From Entomortierella parvispora E1425 (lineage: Eukaryota > Fungi > Mortierellomycota): a stretch of 64,000 nt of DNA. Position numbers and translations under genes: made by a program. Below are positions 27,960 to 40,344 of this stretch, one piece after another. The DNA lies in assembly GCA_020891255.1 (NCBI GenBank), contig BQFW01000013.1:2232001-2296000 (forward strand). The letters are read 5' to 3'. Position 1 is the first letter of the stretch; each line of letters begins with the position of its first letter. The notes below the pieces were generated by a model. The model was not told where the DNA came from. It did no database searches and saw only the letters and a list, made by a program, of their open reading frames with translations.

Positions 27960-29414
27960 TGCCTCAAAGGTCGATCTCGGGTTCCGAAAAACCTCTGATA
28001 CCAAGGATTTACTAGCCACCACTTTGTTTTTTTCATGCATCTCCAGCGCGTCCTAGCATGCTCCGCAGACATGATCTGCTGTGAATGCAAAGTGAAAGAG
28101 AGATCAAAAAGGTCGCCCCCCTGCTGGCGTTGTTCTCCGTGTCTTTCTGCCCATCTGGTCTGCAGCACTTGCGAATAAATCCGCCTTCCGCGTCTCTTTT
28201 CTTCCCCCTCTCCTCTCGAATGTGACGCCCAGCTGTTGGTGCTTGCACAGCTTTATCAGGAGATTGCACTCCCTCTTTCCTCCCTCCTCGCCAACAACAC
28301 CCCCTTCACATGCACCGATCAACACTACTCTGCATTCCCCCAGCTCAAATGCGCCATCTGCTCCCCTCTCGTCCTCTGCATCTTTGACCATGACCTCGCT
28401 ACCATCGTTGACACGGATGCATCTGGTTTCACCATTGGCGCATTACTGTACTGCTCCAGCTGTCGGTTGCATTCACTTCCAGAAAAATGCAATCCACCGA
28501 GCGGAACTACCCCACCCATGAGCAGGAGCTGTTAGCTGTCATCCATGCGTTACGCACATGGTGCTACTACCTCGATGTCATTGTCAACACTGACCACGCC
28601 ACTCTTCGCCACTTCCCCTCCCAGCCCAAACTTACTCGCCGACAGGCCGGATGGATGGAATTGCCGCAGGAATACGACTTTGACTTCAAGTACAGTACAA
28701 GCGAGGAGTTGACAATATCGTGCCCGACGCCCTCTCTCGCCGACCCTGACTACCGCGACCTTGACCCCGTTGAACTCCACTACCCCAGTCTGTCTCTGTC
28801 CTCCGACGCCCGCGACCAGCTTGTGCAAGACTACGAGAACGACCCTCGCCTCGGACCCATCTGCAAGGATGCCTAGAAGGATGGGTTGCCAATGGAGGTT
28901 CGAGAACGACCTCCTCTACTACACTCGACAAGGAGCTACTGCTCTTGGAATACCTCGGCACTCCCCCATCCGCTCCACTCTCTTGAGCGACGCCCACGAC
29001 TCCGCCACCGCTGGACACTTTGGCTTCCAAAAGACTTACGACAACTTGCGCATTGGCCACACACATCGCTGAGGACACCCAGCTCTATGTTGCCACCTGC
29101 GAAAATTGTCAGAGGAACAAAGGATCTCAAGAGCGACCTGCGGCCCCTTCCCATCCCTCTCAGCGCTGGGACGTCGTCACCATGGACTTGATCGGCCCTC
29201 TTCCACCCACAGCCCGCAACTTCGACGCCATCACGGTCTTTGTCGACAAGCTCACCAAGCTTGCACACTTTGTCCCCAGCACCATCTCCGCCACAGCTGT
29301 CGATATCGCTCACCAGTTCTTCGACAATATCCTCAAGTTGCATGGCCGCCCATGTCCATCCTCTCTGACCGCGACACATGATTCACCAGCAGATTCTGGC
29401 AGGGGTTGCACAAA
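27960..29414 (+). mobile_element. Degenerate Ty3/Gypsy fragment B (RNase H to mid-integrase) with the same chimeric leader as fragments A and C
   Basis: MQSTERNYPTHEQELLAVIHALRTW, HDSATAGHFGFQKTY and RWDVVTMDLIGPLP. It shares diagnostic indels with fragment A. The leader matches 57555-58230. Confidence 0.85.
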
Positions 29415-29441
29415 CAGCTCCTTATTTGTCGCCCTGCTGTA

Positions 29442-31201
29442 CAGTAACCCTGAAAAAGTCACCGGCGAAAAAATTTTGAAAAAAAAAAGGGTGACACAAA
29501 ACGATTTTTTGCGTGCTAAAGCCATGTAATTTTGCCCTCGCCTTCTTTTTTTCTGATTTTCGATCAGTCCTCGCCGTTCACTTCTATGAGAGGTCCCCTT
29601 AGTTAGAATAAAGTGATCCTGGCGGAGACCAAAATCATGCTCGCCTCCCCTCCCTGAATCACCCCATATAAATTTCTACTCAGGTTAAAACAGAAAATCG
29701 CACGTGATCATCGATGGGAGAAAAAAGCTCCGTCATTCCATCTCCCATTTCATCCTCATCCACGCATTCCTCATCACCATGCCTCGAATTCATCCGGTGG
29801 CTGTAAGGCAAGAACTTCTATCCAAACTGTTTCCCGCACCAGCTCCAGAAGCACCTCGGGAGGCAAGGAAAGAACTCTCTCTTGAGATGCGGTACTTCAT
29901 TGCGGGCATGTATGCTGGAGGCTCCAAGTCAGCGGCCCAAATCTCAAGAGAGTTGCACATTCCTGTCTCGACCATCAAAGATACCCTTGCAAGTCTCAGG
30001 AACGATGGGCTTCCCTAAACCCATATTAAGAACCGGACGCCCGCGTAAGATGAGTGAACGAACTACCCGTGCTGTTGTTCGCTACCTTCTTAAGAATCGA
30101 CGTGCCACGGCGCAAGAATTGACTAACGCCGTCTCCCATATTTCTCCTCTTCATCGGGACACCGTTACAAAGGCCATTCTTCGCCTCAACTTTGCGTCTC
30201 GTATTGCAGCGAAGAAGCCATATCTTAAGCCGGCACATGAATTAGCCCGTCTTAACTTCGCAAAGAAGCACGAGAAGTGGACAGTAGAAGACTGGAAAAA
30301 GGTGATATGGACGGACGAGTCAAGCTTTGAAATTGGAAAGAACTCGCGCCGAATACGTGTTTGGCGTCGTAGTTACGAGCGATTTCATTCAGACTGCCTT
30401 GCCTCCACCTTCAAGTCCGGGCGGACGTCGGTTATGGTCTGGGGAGCATTCTGTGGGGATTTGAAGAAGTGCAAACTCATCCTAATCCCGAAGGACAAGC
30501 GCACCGCGGCAGACTATGTTAAGTACGTATACGAAAACGCACTTTCTGGATACTACAATCACGCGGAGAACCCATCTGAGCTCATCCTGATGGAGGATAG
30601 AGCACCCACACACAAGTCTAATCTTCCGAAGGCATGGCGAGCGGCCTATGGGATGGATCGACTGGTTTGGCCGGCACAGTCACCAGACTTGAATCCTGTA
30701 GAAAATGTTTGGAGGCTCATGAAAGCTTGGATCAGCCTGCAACCAATACCTTCCAACGAAGCAGAAATGTGGAAGCTTACTGAAGCCGCCTGGGAGCGTG
30801 TATCAGGGGACTTCTTGAACCGTCTTGTGGAGAGTATGCCCGCTCGGATGAAGGCCGTGATTGCTGCGAAAGGTGGAGCCACAAGGTGGTAGTATAGTTT
30901 CTCCAGCCAAAAAGGACGGATCGTTTGTTGTAAATAATAGTTGATTTTCTGTTTTAACCTGAGTAGAAATTTATATGGGGTGATTCAGGGAGGGGAGGCG
31001 AGCATGATTTTGGTCTCCGCCAGGATCACTTTATTCTAACTAAGGGGACCTCTCATAGAAGTGAACGGCGAGGACTGATCGAAAATCAGAAAAAAAGAAG
31101 GCGAGGGCAAAATTACATGGCTTTAGCACGCAAAAAATCGTTTTGTGTCACCCTTTTTTTTTTTCAAAATTTTTTCGCCGGTGACTTTTTCAGGGTTACT
31201 G
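29442..31201 (+). mobile_element. Tc1/mariner DNA transposon (DD34E), 1760 bp, with ~258-bp TIRs and TA target duplication
   Basis: TA|cagtaaccctgaaaaag.. and ..ctttttcagggttactg|TA. TIRs 29442-29699 and 30943-31201 are near-perfect. Confidence 0.95.
29779..30892 (+). CDS. Tc1 transposase with one +1 frameshift near 30013 (cttccctaaa)
   Basis: HTH region (SAAQISRELHIPVSTIKDTL), GRPRK linker, WTDES, LMEDRAPTH and WPAQSPDLNPVE; 34 residues lie between the second D and the E. Confidence 0.88.
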
Positions 31202-31320
31202 TACTCTCGCTTTCACGACAAGGTTCAGAGGTGAAGGCGAAAGTAAAAATTCAGGGGCACATGGACGCATTCGCAGTGATATGCTTCTTGCTCATACCGA
31301 ATAATTTGAGAGCTAGAGTA

Positions 31321-31662
31321 CAGCAGGACGACAAATAAGGAGATGTTGGGTCCCGTGCCCTTTTCCTGCACCATACCCTGGTCCTATGCCGTGTCTACCA
31401 GTACTCTGCTGGCGATTGGTCTCTCGTCTGCCTTTCTGTAAACCCCTAACCTTGCCATTTTTTGTGAGCAATTCTGCTTGACTTCGCCCTGGTGAAGATT
31501 GGTCTCTCATCTACCTTTCTGTAAACCCCTAACCTTAACATTTTTTGTGAGCAATTCTGCTTGACTTCGCCATGGCAGTACGGCAATTGCGGTTGACCTT
31601 TCTGTGGAAGCGTTAATTTTTCGTTTGGCCCAACAACCTCTTCCTTGTCTCCTCTTATTTGT
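31321..31662. mobile_element. Probable degenerate TA-flanked MITE with an internal 83-bp tandem duplication
   Basis: Starts TA|cagcaggacgacaaataaggag. The reverse complement of this end occurs at 29412-29441 and partly at about 31648-31662. Internal duplication 31414-31488 / 31497-31571. Confidence 0.45.
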
Positions 31663-31871
31663 CGTGAACCTCGCCCTAGTCATGCACCACAAAGATACAT
31701 GTACATACCTCGTTTGCTTACAGGTATCAAGCCCAGAAATCTAAACCCTATTTTCCATGGCTCTGTGCTAAAAAAAAGCTTCATCGTTTTCTTCCTTTCG
31801 TTCCTTAATTCTTTACCTGTTCATAAATCACCTCTTCCTGTCCGCCTCAAGATTGAACAGTTGCAGGCAAC

Positions 31872-32758
31872 ATGATGAATGAATCGCCCGATAAGCTTAA
31901 TCAACTCGGCAAGGCGTACTTTGGACTTCTTGTGAAGCCATTTCAAGACAAGTACGATGAAAACTGGGACGAAAATTCTTTTTGGAAAGCTGTTGAACAG
32001 TTCAAGATCAAGACTAAGGAGCTTGGTTATGAAGATCCACACGAGGCTCTGACAGCTTATGGAGGATTACCTTTCGATGCTCTGCGTGATAATCTCATTA
32101 AAGGTCCTCCAAAATGCTTTCGCAAGGGTTGGAGGAGCGAAATACTGGGAGAGCCAGTTGATATAGTCTTTGCTTTAAGCCAATGTTGCCATTTGCACGG
32201 GCCAGCATTTACGGGGAATGAATCGGTTGTTGTGTTGGATGTATGGGCCACATGGTAAGCACTATTTTCAGGCACGGCTTGTGCAAAAAGATATCCAACT
32301 CGTACTAATCATTTTTTCTGAAATTAAATTGGAAGGTGTCGCGGATGTATCAAAGAAGCTCCTGAAATGTCAGAACTAGCTGAGAAGTTCTCTGGTCAAG
32401 TTGCTTTTGTTGGGATTAATAATGACGGGATTTTTCAGGACAAGGAGCATGACGTCAACAAAGTCAGGGAATGTCTGGACTCCAACAAGGAAGCCTTCAA
32501 GTTCGCAAATTTCATTGATGACAGGAACTATATCCGAGAGAGTAGGTCAATACTCCCCTTTGTATATATTTCGTTCATCGTTCCCAATGCGATCAGAGCC
32601 TAATTGCAGTTTTTTTTGTTTGCAAAGACATTTTCAAGAAAAGCGGTTACTCCGGTCTGCCTTGCCATATCATTATTGCAAAGGGTGCAGTCACATATGT
32701 TGGACCAGGAAGGCAGGAGTTCAGGGAAGCACTCACAGTGGCCATGGACAACATTTAA
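31872..32758 (+). CDS. Thioredoxin-like (TlpA/redoxin-type) protein with an N-terminal extension; exons 31872-32254, 32336-32541, 32628-32758
   Basis: Splicing gives VVVLDVWATW-CRGC (CxxC), VAFVGIN and the cis-Pro motif GLPCHIII. Both introns are GT-AG with ctaa(c/t) branch sites. Confidence 0.85.
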
Positions 32759-33589
32759 ACAATTTCACTAGCAGTTTTGCTCGTAGCTTACTGTGCTGGA
32801 TCCACTGTTCCGTGATCTGGTTGTCCTCAAGTATTTTTTAATTAAAACCGCTGTAGCGAAGATTAATGTGGGCGACCTTGTTAGTCTTACCCACAGGGGT
32901 CTGTTGAAATACAAGTTTTGTCAATGATAGGATGATCCTCTTTTATCTTGCCATCCCAGGATGCTCTTCAAATTAGGGGCATCTCTGGAAACTCGTGGTC
33001 ACTAGAGCTTATGACCAGACAACGACACACCCTGTCGATGTTGGAGGTTGCGTGGCAGCGATACATTCTCTTGGCACCATGGGCTGCACGACCGGATTCA
33101 ACCTTTTCACCTGTTTCCCAGGATGCATCTTGTCGCTGGGCGCTCAAGGGCTACCAGGTTCTCTCTCAAGGCCACGTTTGTAGTGCATGAGAAAACAGAA
33201 CAACACTTTTTTCATTGACAAGCAATAAAAGGCAGGGTGAAGGATCTTCAGATGAAGAGGTGGATCTGTCGGAAAGCACGGGAGAACCTTCTTGATCGAA
33301 TACCTGTGTAGAGCAACCCAGCCGAGTGAGCTCGAGGCGTGCTGGACGCGTTGGACTCTACACCCAAAGACACCAGGATGGGGCATGTGCTGTTGGATTT
33401 TGACGGTGGAGTTGTAACGAGGGAAAGACTTGACTATCTCTCGCTTGTTTCTTTGCAGGACCTCGTCTCTCCTCGCTCCGGCCGTCAGGACGCACAAAGA
33501 ATCAATGGAGGACAATATTTCATACGACAACAAGAAAAAAAAAAAAAAAAAAAAAAAAGAATGCAAAAACAATCCCTCACGACCTTTTA

Positions 33590-35388
33590 TTATTCTTCAA
33601 CTTGAGGAGCAATGCTGGAGACTGCATCAGGAACTAGCAAGATCTTACGGGCATGCAACCCCGCCTTGAGCTGAACATCTCCAACGGCAGACATTATAGT
33701 CTGTTCCAAGTCGGTTCCGGTGGTTTCCAAGAACTGTACACCCTTTTCCGTGCAAATCCATAGTCTACCGTCTTCGACATGGAGAGAGAAAACACGGCTG
33801 CAGCTATAACGAAACAAACGGTTCGTATATAGAGACGCCATCTCTTCTTTCGTCAGATCCGGAAGTGCCGTGAAGAGTGAATCGTAATGATCCCAAAGCG
33901 CTTCAGAGACAGAGCGTCGGAACTCTATGTCTTCATCCTTGAATGCGTCGATGAGGAACCGGACAGCCGCCATCGGTAACGTAGACTGCTGGCCCAGGAT
34001 TACAATAACTGACAACCTCACATCCTTATCGTCACCCCCAAGTGCAAGAATGAGGCGTTGGATGACGGACTCTGAAAACTCAGACTGCCGGCGCAATGTC
34101 CATGCTGCTGAAGACCTCACCAACTTGTTGCTGTCCATGAGAGTATCGCTGAGGGACTGAATGGCCGACTCTGGCAACCGAGACTGGCAGTCTAAAGCTG
34201 ATACGGCCGAAAACCCGACACTCCAACTGTTGTCCTTGAGTGCATCAATGAGTGCTTGGATAGCCACTTCAGGTAACCTGGAGTCCTCGCCCAATGCTGA
34301 TACAGCTGCAGACCGTACATCTTCATATTTGTCCTGAAGTCCAGAAATAAGGGACTCGACGTCTGAGTCTGGCAAAGTTGACTGGCCATCCCATGCAGAT
34401 ACCACCTTTGCCTTTTGATCTATAAGAGCAGTGACTGGGGGCTGGATGAACAACTCTGCACAGTCTTTACCTAATACAGATCCTGCCAATGACCTGACTC
34501 TCTTATCCTCGTCCTCGAGTGCAGAAGTAAGAGACTGGACAGCTGACTCTGGCAGTGTAGATTGCCTGCTTAATGTATAAGCTGCCAGTGATCCGACTCT
34601 CCAATCGTCGCCTTTCAGAGAAGCAGCGAGGGACTGGATGGCTGATTCTGACAGCGTGGACTGCGCATCTAGTACCCATGCCGCTAAATGACTCCTTCTC
34701 GTATCACCATGCTCAAGAGCATCAATGAGAGACTGGATGGCTGATTCTGGCAACATAAACTGCTTTCCCAACGCCGATGCTGATGACGACCTGATTTTCC
34801 AATCGTCGTCCTTGAGAGCATCGATAAGAAAGTCAATGGTATAATCCGAGAGTGCAGAGCGAGTTGCCAAGGTATTGAAGAGAGCGGGCTTCCATGAGGA
34901 CATCGAGCCCAGAATACCAAATAAATGGACCTCTGGAAATGAGAATTGACAGCCTAGCATGCTACCACTGCGGTCATCCTGCTGACACACTTGCATCTCA
35001 AGGCGCAACCAATCCTTGAGCTCCTCATCCAAATCCATCACGATCCTCGAGTCCAGCCGATCCCGAGCCTCATTCAGGCACGATGCCAATATGAGCTGAT
35101 GGCGACCCCCAATCAAATCGCGCGGTGCTCCTTGCAAAAGTTCAAAGAACATCCTTAGCCGCTCTCCCTCCAGCAATCCAGCGATTGTTGGCCATGACAT
35201 TTCAAATTGAGGGTCGTATTTGTGTTGGCGAATAAAGGCTACCATTGGATACCCTGTCATCATGCCGGCTGAGGGCCATGGTTGCTCGGGGGGGAAATGG
35301 TGGACTATCCATGTGGCCACGCAATATTCTTGGAAAGTGAGATGCAAGAAATTCCAGGCTTGTCGGAAATCATCGGTGAACGGGTCCG
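33590..35388 (-). pseudogene. NLR3, 3' half (post-NACHT helical domain plus degenerate HEAT repeats), separated from its 5' half by the Ty3 insertion
   Basis: FRQAWNFLHLTFQEY, HKYDPQFE, GAPRDLIGGRHQLILASCLNEA and HEAT units LKDDDWKIRSSSASALGKQ. The frame joins the 5' half across the GTCCG TSD (..TESD|PFTDDFRQAW). Confidence 0.88.
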
Positions 35389-35499
35389 TGCAATAGGAGT
35401 ATCGAGGGTGGAGTGGAGACAAGAAGTGAGTTTTATTATATTGCAAGTTTCTAGCTTTTGTAGGTACACATCGCGTGATGTCACCGTATTCCTGTTACA
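35389..35499 (-). repeat. 3' LTR (111 bp)
   Basis: Identical to 40345-40455; preceded on the minus strand by the PPT aaaaggggaagg (35511-35500). Confidence 0.97.
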
Positions 35500-35509
35500 C
35501 CTTCCCCTT

Positions 35510-38500
35510 TTAAAAAATGATACCGTGCTGCTCTTTGAAGGTTGTGACCAAGTCCATGCAGTTGTCCAAGTTGCTTACTGGGAGCCATTCGTCAGCTTCT
35601 CTGCCGTAGCCTTTGAATGACACTAGGAACTGGTGTTGTCTGCGGTAGAAGCGGTACTTTAAAATTTCGTCCACTTCATACTCCTCTTCGCCGTCAATTA
35701 CAGTGGGATCCACGGGGGCAGGAGCTCGAATGCCGAGTGACTCCGGGGACGGCAAATAGGGTCGAAAGGTATCAACGTGGAAGACGTCATGGATTTTGTA
35801 GAATGGTGGCAGCTCGACGCGGAAGGTGACAGGTGAGTGTTGCTCCAAAAGTGTGAACGGGCCAAGGAATAGAGGTCGAAGTTTATCGGCTGGTCTGATA
35901 CTGTCGGCAGGGATGGTGATATTGGTGGCACGCAGCAGGACCTTATCGCCAACCTTGTACTTGTGATCCCGTCGTCGCTTGTTTGCCTGTTGCTCCTGAT
36001 GATCCTGAGCACGCTGCAGAGCATCCTGGGCCAGGGCAAGGGTGGTCGCCTGCTCAGTCAGGAAGGTATCGACAGTGGGGACTGAGCTGCTGGGTTTACC
36101 GAGGAGAGCGGTGGGGAGACGAGGGTGCTGGCCAGAGTTGAGGAAGAACGGCGAGTATCCCGTGGATGCATTGACAGCGTTGTTATAGGCGAATTCCAGT
36201 GACGGAAGGAGCTGGTCCCAGTTAGACTGCTTGTTGTCAATAAACGCTCTCAACATAGTCTTCAGCGTCTTGTTCATAACCTCTGTCTGCCCATCCGTCT
36301 GTGGGTGGTAGGCGGTTGACAGTGCAAGTTTGACATCCATTAGCCTGTGCAACTCTTGCCAGAATCTACTAGTGAATCGAGTGTCGCGGTCCGAGATGAT
36401 GGATGTTGGTGTGCCATGCAGCTTAAAGATGTTGTCAAAAAACTGGTGGGCGACGTCGACGGCTGTGGCAGAGGTAGTACTGGGGACGAAGTGAGCTTGC
36501 TTGGTCAGCTTGTCGACAAACACTGTGATGGCGTCAAAATTTCTAGCTGTGGGCGGAAGAGGGCCGATGAAGTCCATGGTGACTACCTCCCAACGTTGCG
36601 AAGGAATGGGTAGCGGTTGCAAGAGTCCAGCTGGTCGATCCTGTGAGTCCTTGTTCCTTTGACACTTCTCGCAGGTTGCTACATACTGCTGGGTATCCTT
36701 GGCGATGTGGGGCCAATATACGAAACGGCGCAGGTTGTCGTAAGTCTTTTGAAAACCAAAGTGTCCAGCAGTGGCAGAGTCGTGAGCGTCGTGCAAGAGA
36801 GTGAGGCGGATCGGGGAGTGCCGAGGGATGGCCAGGGTGGTTGCTCCACGTCGGGTAAAGTAGAGGAGGTTGTTCTGGAATGAATATCCATTGGCAACCT
36901 TCCCATCCAGGCAATCCTTGTAGATGGGTCCAAGTCGAGGATCGTCGTTGTAGTCCTGGACAAGCTGGTCACGGACGTCCGGGGACAGGGAGACGCTGAG
37001 GTTGTATAGCTCAACAGGGTCAGGCTCGCGGTAGTCCGGTCGTCGGGAGAGAGCGTCTGGGACGATGTTGTCAACTCCTCGCTTGTACTTGAAGTCAAAG
37101 TCGTATTCCTGAAGCAACTCCATCCAGCGAGCCTGTCGACGAGTGAGTTTGGGCTGTGTGGGGAAGTGGCGGAGGGTGGCGTGGTCGGTGTGGACGCTGA
37201 ACTTGGTTCCATCGAGGTAGTAGCGCCAAGTGCGGAGCGCATGGATGACAGCCAACAGTTCCTGCTCATGGACAGGGTAGTTCCGCTCAGCTGACTGCAT
37301 TTTTCCTGGAAGTGAATGCGATGGGATGGGTATTCCCTTCCCGGTCAGTCTGCAGCAGCACTGCACCGATGGCGAAACCGGATGCATCTGTTTCGACAAA
37401 GGTGAGAGATCAGGGTCGAAGATGCGGAGGACGGGGGCGGAGCAGATGGCGCGTTTGAGCTGAAGGAATGCAGATTGTTGTTCGTCGGTCCATTTGAAGG
37501 GAGTGTTGTTGGCGAGGAGGGAAGAGAGAGGGAGGGCAATCCCTGCAAAGCCCGATACGTACTGTTGATAAAATTGCGCAAGCCCCAAAAATTGCTGGAC
37601 GTCCTTTGTGCTCTTGGGGGTGGGCCAGTCACTGATGGCTTTGCTGAGCCCGGCCGATGTTTTGATCCCGTCCTTCGTGATGGTGTGGCCCAAAAATTCA
37701 GTTTCGTCTTGCATGAAGGAGCACTTGCTCAATTTCGCGTACAGACCGTTCTTGCGGAGGAGAGCCAGGACGCTTCGGAGATGCTGCAGGTGTTCTTTCT
37801 TTGTCTTGGAGTAGATCAACAGATCGTCGAGATACACGACAACCCATTTGTCCAAGACTGGATCGAGCACTCGCAACATCATATTGGAGAACGAAGCAGG
37901 AGCGTTAGTAAGGCCAAAGGGAACAACATTGAACTCAAAGTGACCATAGCGACAACGGAAGGCAGTCTTGTGTGTGTGTGGTTCAAAGATACGCTGCTGA
38001 TGATAACCGGATAACAAGTCCAACTTGGAGTAATAGCGTGCTCCACGGAAGCGGTCAAGTAGCTCGTCGATACGGGGCAGCGGGTGTCTGTTCTTCCTGG
38101 TGATCTTGTTGAGGCCACGGTAGTCGACGCACATTCGGAGTGTGCCGTCCTTCTTCCGCACAAAAGAGCACGGGGGCGCCATAGGGAGAGGTACTGGGTT
38201 TGATAAAACCTGCTGCTAGCAATTGGTCCAGTTGTTTGCGAAGTTCGTCAAGCTCGGCGATTGAAAGTCTAATGACAGGGCGGAAGGGTGGGTCGGCTGT
38301 CGGGTCGGTCTCGATCTTCATAGCATCACCACGGTCTGGGGGCAGGCCGTCCGGGAGTTTCTCCGGAAAGACATCAGCGAACTCTTCCATGACAATGGAC
38401 CGCACCTCTGGGGTCATATCGGGAATTGTACGCGGTTGGTCAGTTTCTTCAGAGGGCTCTGGGGTGTTGCGAATAAGGGCCAGGAACACCTCCGAGCCGG

Positions 38501-39327
38501 GCAGGGTTGCCATGGAATGAAAGTGCATGTGTGTGAGGAGGAGTCCTTTGGTGCGGCTTTGGATGTGATCGGCCTTGAAGCCGCGGCAGCTCCATTTGAC
38601 ATCGATTCCATTGTGAGTGAAATGAAGATCGTTGGTGCGCCAATTGATGCAAGGGTTAACTTTGGTGAGCCAGGGTTTGCCAAGGATGAGGTCGTATTTG
38701 TTGAGAGGATAGAGAATAGGGTTGAGCGAATCGGAGTAGTCGCTGCGGTTGAGGGTGATGGGGACGGTGTGTGATGTGAGGGAGGAAGAGCCATTGGGGA
38801 GGAGGATGGGGATGGGCAAGCATTCAGTGCGGAGGAGCTGGTGTCGCTTTTGAAAAGACGAACTGATAATATTACCTTCTGCACCACCATCAATCAGGAT
38901 TCTGGCAGCGTGGCCATTGACAGAACCGATGAAAGTGAGCAGTTGGCTCTCTGCCTTTTGGACAGTGAATTCGTGTAGGCGAATCGCACGACGCTTCAAC
39001 TTCTTCAACTGACTTTTTGGACAGAGGTACACTAGGTGCCGGCGGTACAGCGAGAGGGTCCGGTTCATCTGTATCGGAGGATCTAGGTAGAGGAGCGGAC
39101 AGGGCAACTGGAGCGGGCGAGGCAACAGGTTTTTTGGTTTGGTTTTGGTTTCGGTCCGATAGAACAACCAGAGCATCGTGGATGTGAGTTCGCTTGTCAT
39201 GATTGGAGTCATGTTTCTGAGGTGTAGAATCAAGTGAAGTTTTATTTGAGGTACTTAGCTCAGGGTTGTTGGCTACAGTTTCGACAACTGGGGTCCGGAC
39301 CGACCCTAGTTGCCGGAGGCTTTTCCC
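35510..39327 (-). CDS. pol: Pol (protease, RT, RNase H, integrase, chromodomain), entered by a -1 frameshift from gag; four single-base indels in this copy
   Basis: ILIDGGA protease, YLDD RT, DASG..RNase H (in a shifted frame), HHCC and DDE integrase, GPF motif and chromodomain EYEVDEIL..FLVSFKGY..DEW. Confidence 0.92.
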
Positions 39328-40226
39328 GAATCAGGGGATTCACCCGCGGTTACTTGATTAATTCCTCGGCTGCCGTTGCCGTACTTAGGGCAATTGGGAC
39401 TGATGTGACCCAATTCGCGGCAGCGGAAGCAGCCACCGTTACGTACAAGGTACTCTCGGTCGGCGGCGGTCAGGGGTGCGGGGCGATCTCGAGAAGGGTT
39501 GTTAGTACCGTTGGTGGGGCGGTTCTGTAAGGAGCGGTGAAGGGTGCCGAGTTGCTTATGGATATTGTTGAGTTGGATATGAATATTGTCCACTTCCATT
39601 GCGTTGGGGTCGGTGATACCAGCAGAGGATCCCGAGGCAGCCAGTGCTTTGGCACCGAGTGATGGGTCTCCAGTGTGGAAGATACGACCGAACTCCTCCG
39701 CGGCCTTGAAGAGTCTGGGCAGATCTATGGTGTCGTTGCCTGCATTAACAATGGCCACTTCCAGCATCTGGCGAAGCTGAGTAGGTGCACCACTGAGAAA
39801 GGCAGTACGGATAGTATCGTTGAGAACTGCGTTGTCGGCGTAGTAAGACTGGAGGAGCAGGTGGTATTCACGGGCTTTGGTAATATAGGCCATGACGTTG
39901 GAGATGTTCAATGGTAGTGTCATTTTCATTTGCATTGTGAGGGCGAGAATGTGCTCCTTAAACTTCGCAGGACTGAACTCGGTGGCAAGGAGCTCGCTGA
40001 AATCCGGGAATGAGGTGTCGGATGGCTTGTTTAAGAGTGCCCACCAGCCGATAACCTCATCGCCGGCAAAGGCAAGGGTAACCCCGACCTTGCGAGATTC
40101 GGCAATTCCAGCGCCATCGAAGAAAAAGGTCATGCGTTTCAGAAAACCGAGAACAGAGAATCCGTCGCGCTTGCCGTTGAACGGTGTTGGATGAGGGAAT
40201 TTGAATGACGGTGTCGCGGGGTCCAT
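39306..40226 (-). CDS. gag: Gag (306 aa) with a CCHC zinc knuckle
   Basis: MDPATPSFKFPHPTPFNGKRD.. and CFRCRELGHISPNC. Confidence 0.9.
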   Translation of the reverse strand: MDPATPSFKFPHPTPFNGKRDGFSVLGFLKRMTFFFDGAGIAESRKVGVTLAFAGDEVIGWWALLNKPSDTSFPDFSELLATEFSPAKFKEHILALTMQMKMTLPLNISNVMAYITKAREYHLLLQSYYADNAVLNDTIRTAFLSGAPTQLRQMLEVAIVNAGNDTIDLPRLFKAAEEFGRIFHTGDPSLGAKALAASGSSAGITDPNAMEVDNIHIQLNNIHKQLGTLHRSLQNRPTNGTNNPSRDRPAPLTAADREYLVRNGGCFRCRELGHISPNCPKYGNGSRGINQVTAGESPDSGKASGN

Positions 40227-40321
40227 GTTGGGTGAATTGTCGAGGGAGAGTTGATCGAAGAGGGATACGAGGGGGTCCAGGGTGTAAGTGTGTCGGAGGG
40301 TCAGTGGGTCAGTGAGGTCAG

Positions 40322-40344
40322 TGGATCGAAAACCTTTGCTACCA
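40322..40344 (-). promoter_or_regulatory. Primer-binding site complementary to the 3' end of initiator tRNA-Met
   Basis: TGGTAGCAAAGGTTTTCGATCCA lies directly after the 5' LTR and matches the known eukaryotic iMet PBS pattern TGGTAGC...TTTCGATCC. Confidence 0.8.

Noticed and set aside
40322-40344. tRNA-like sequence
   Set aside because: It is only the retrotransposon PBS; there is no cloverleaf.
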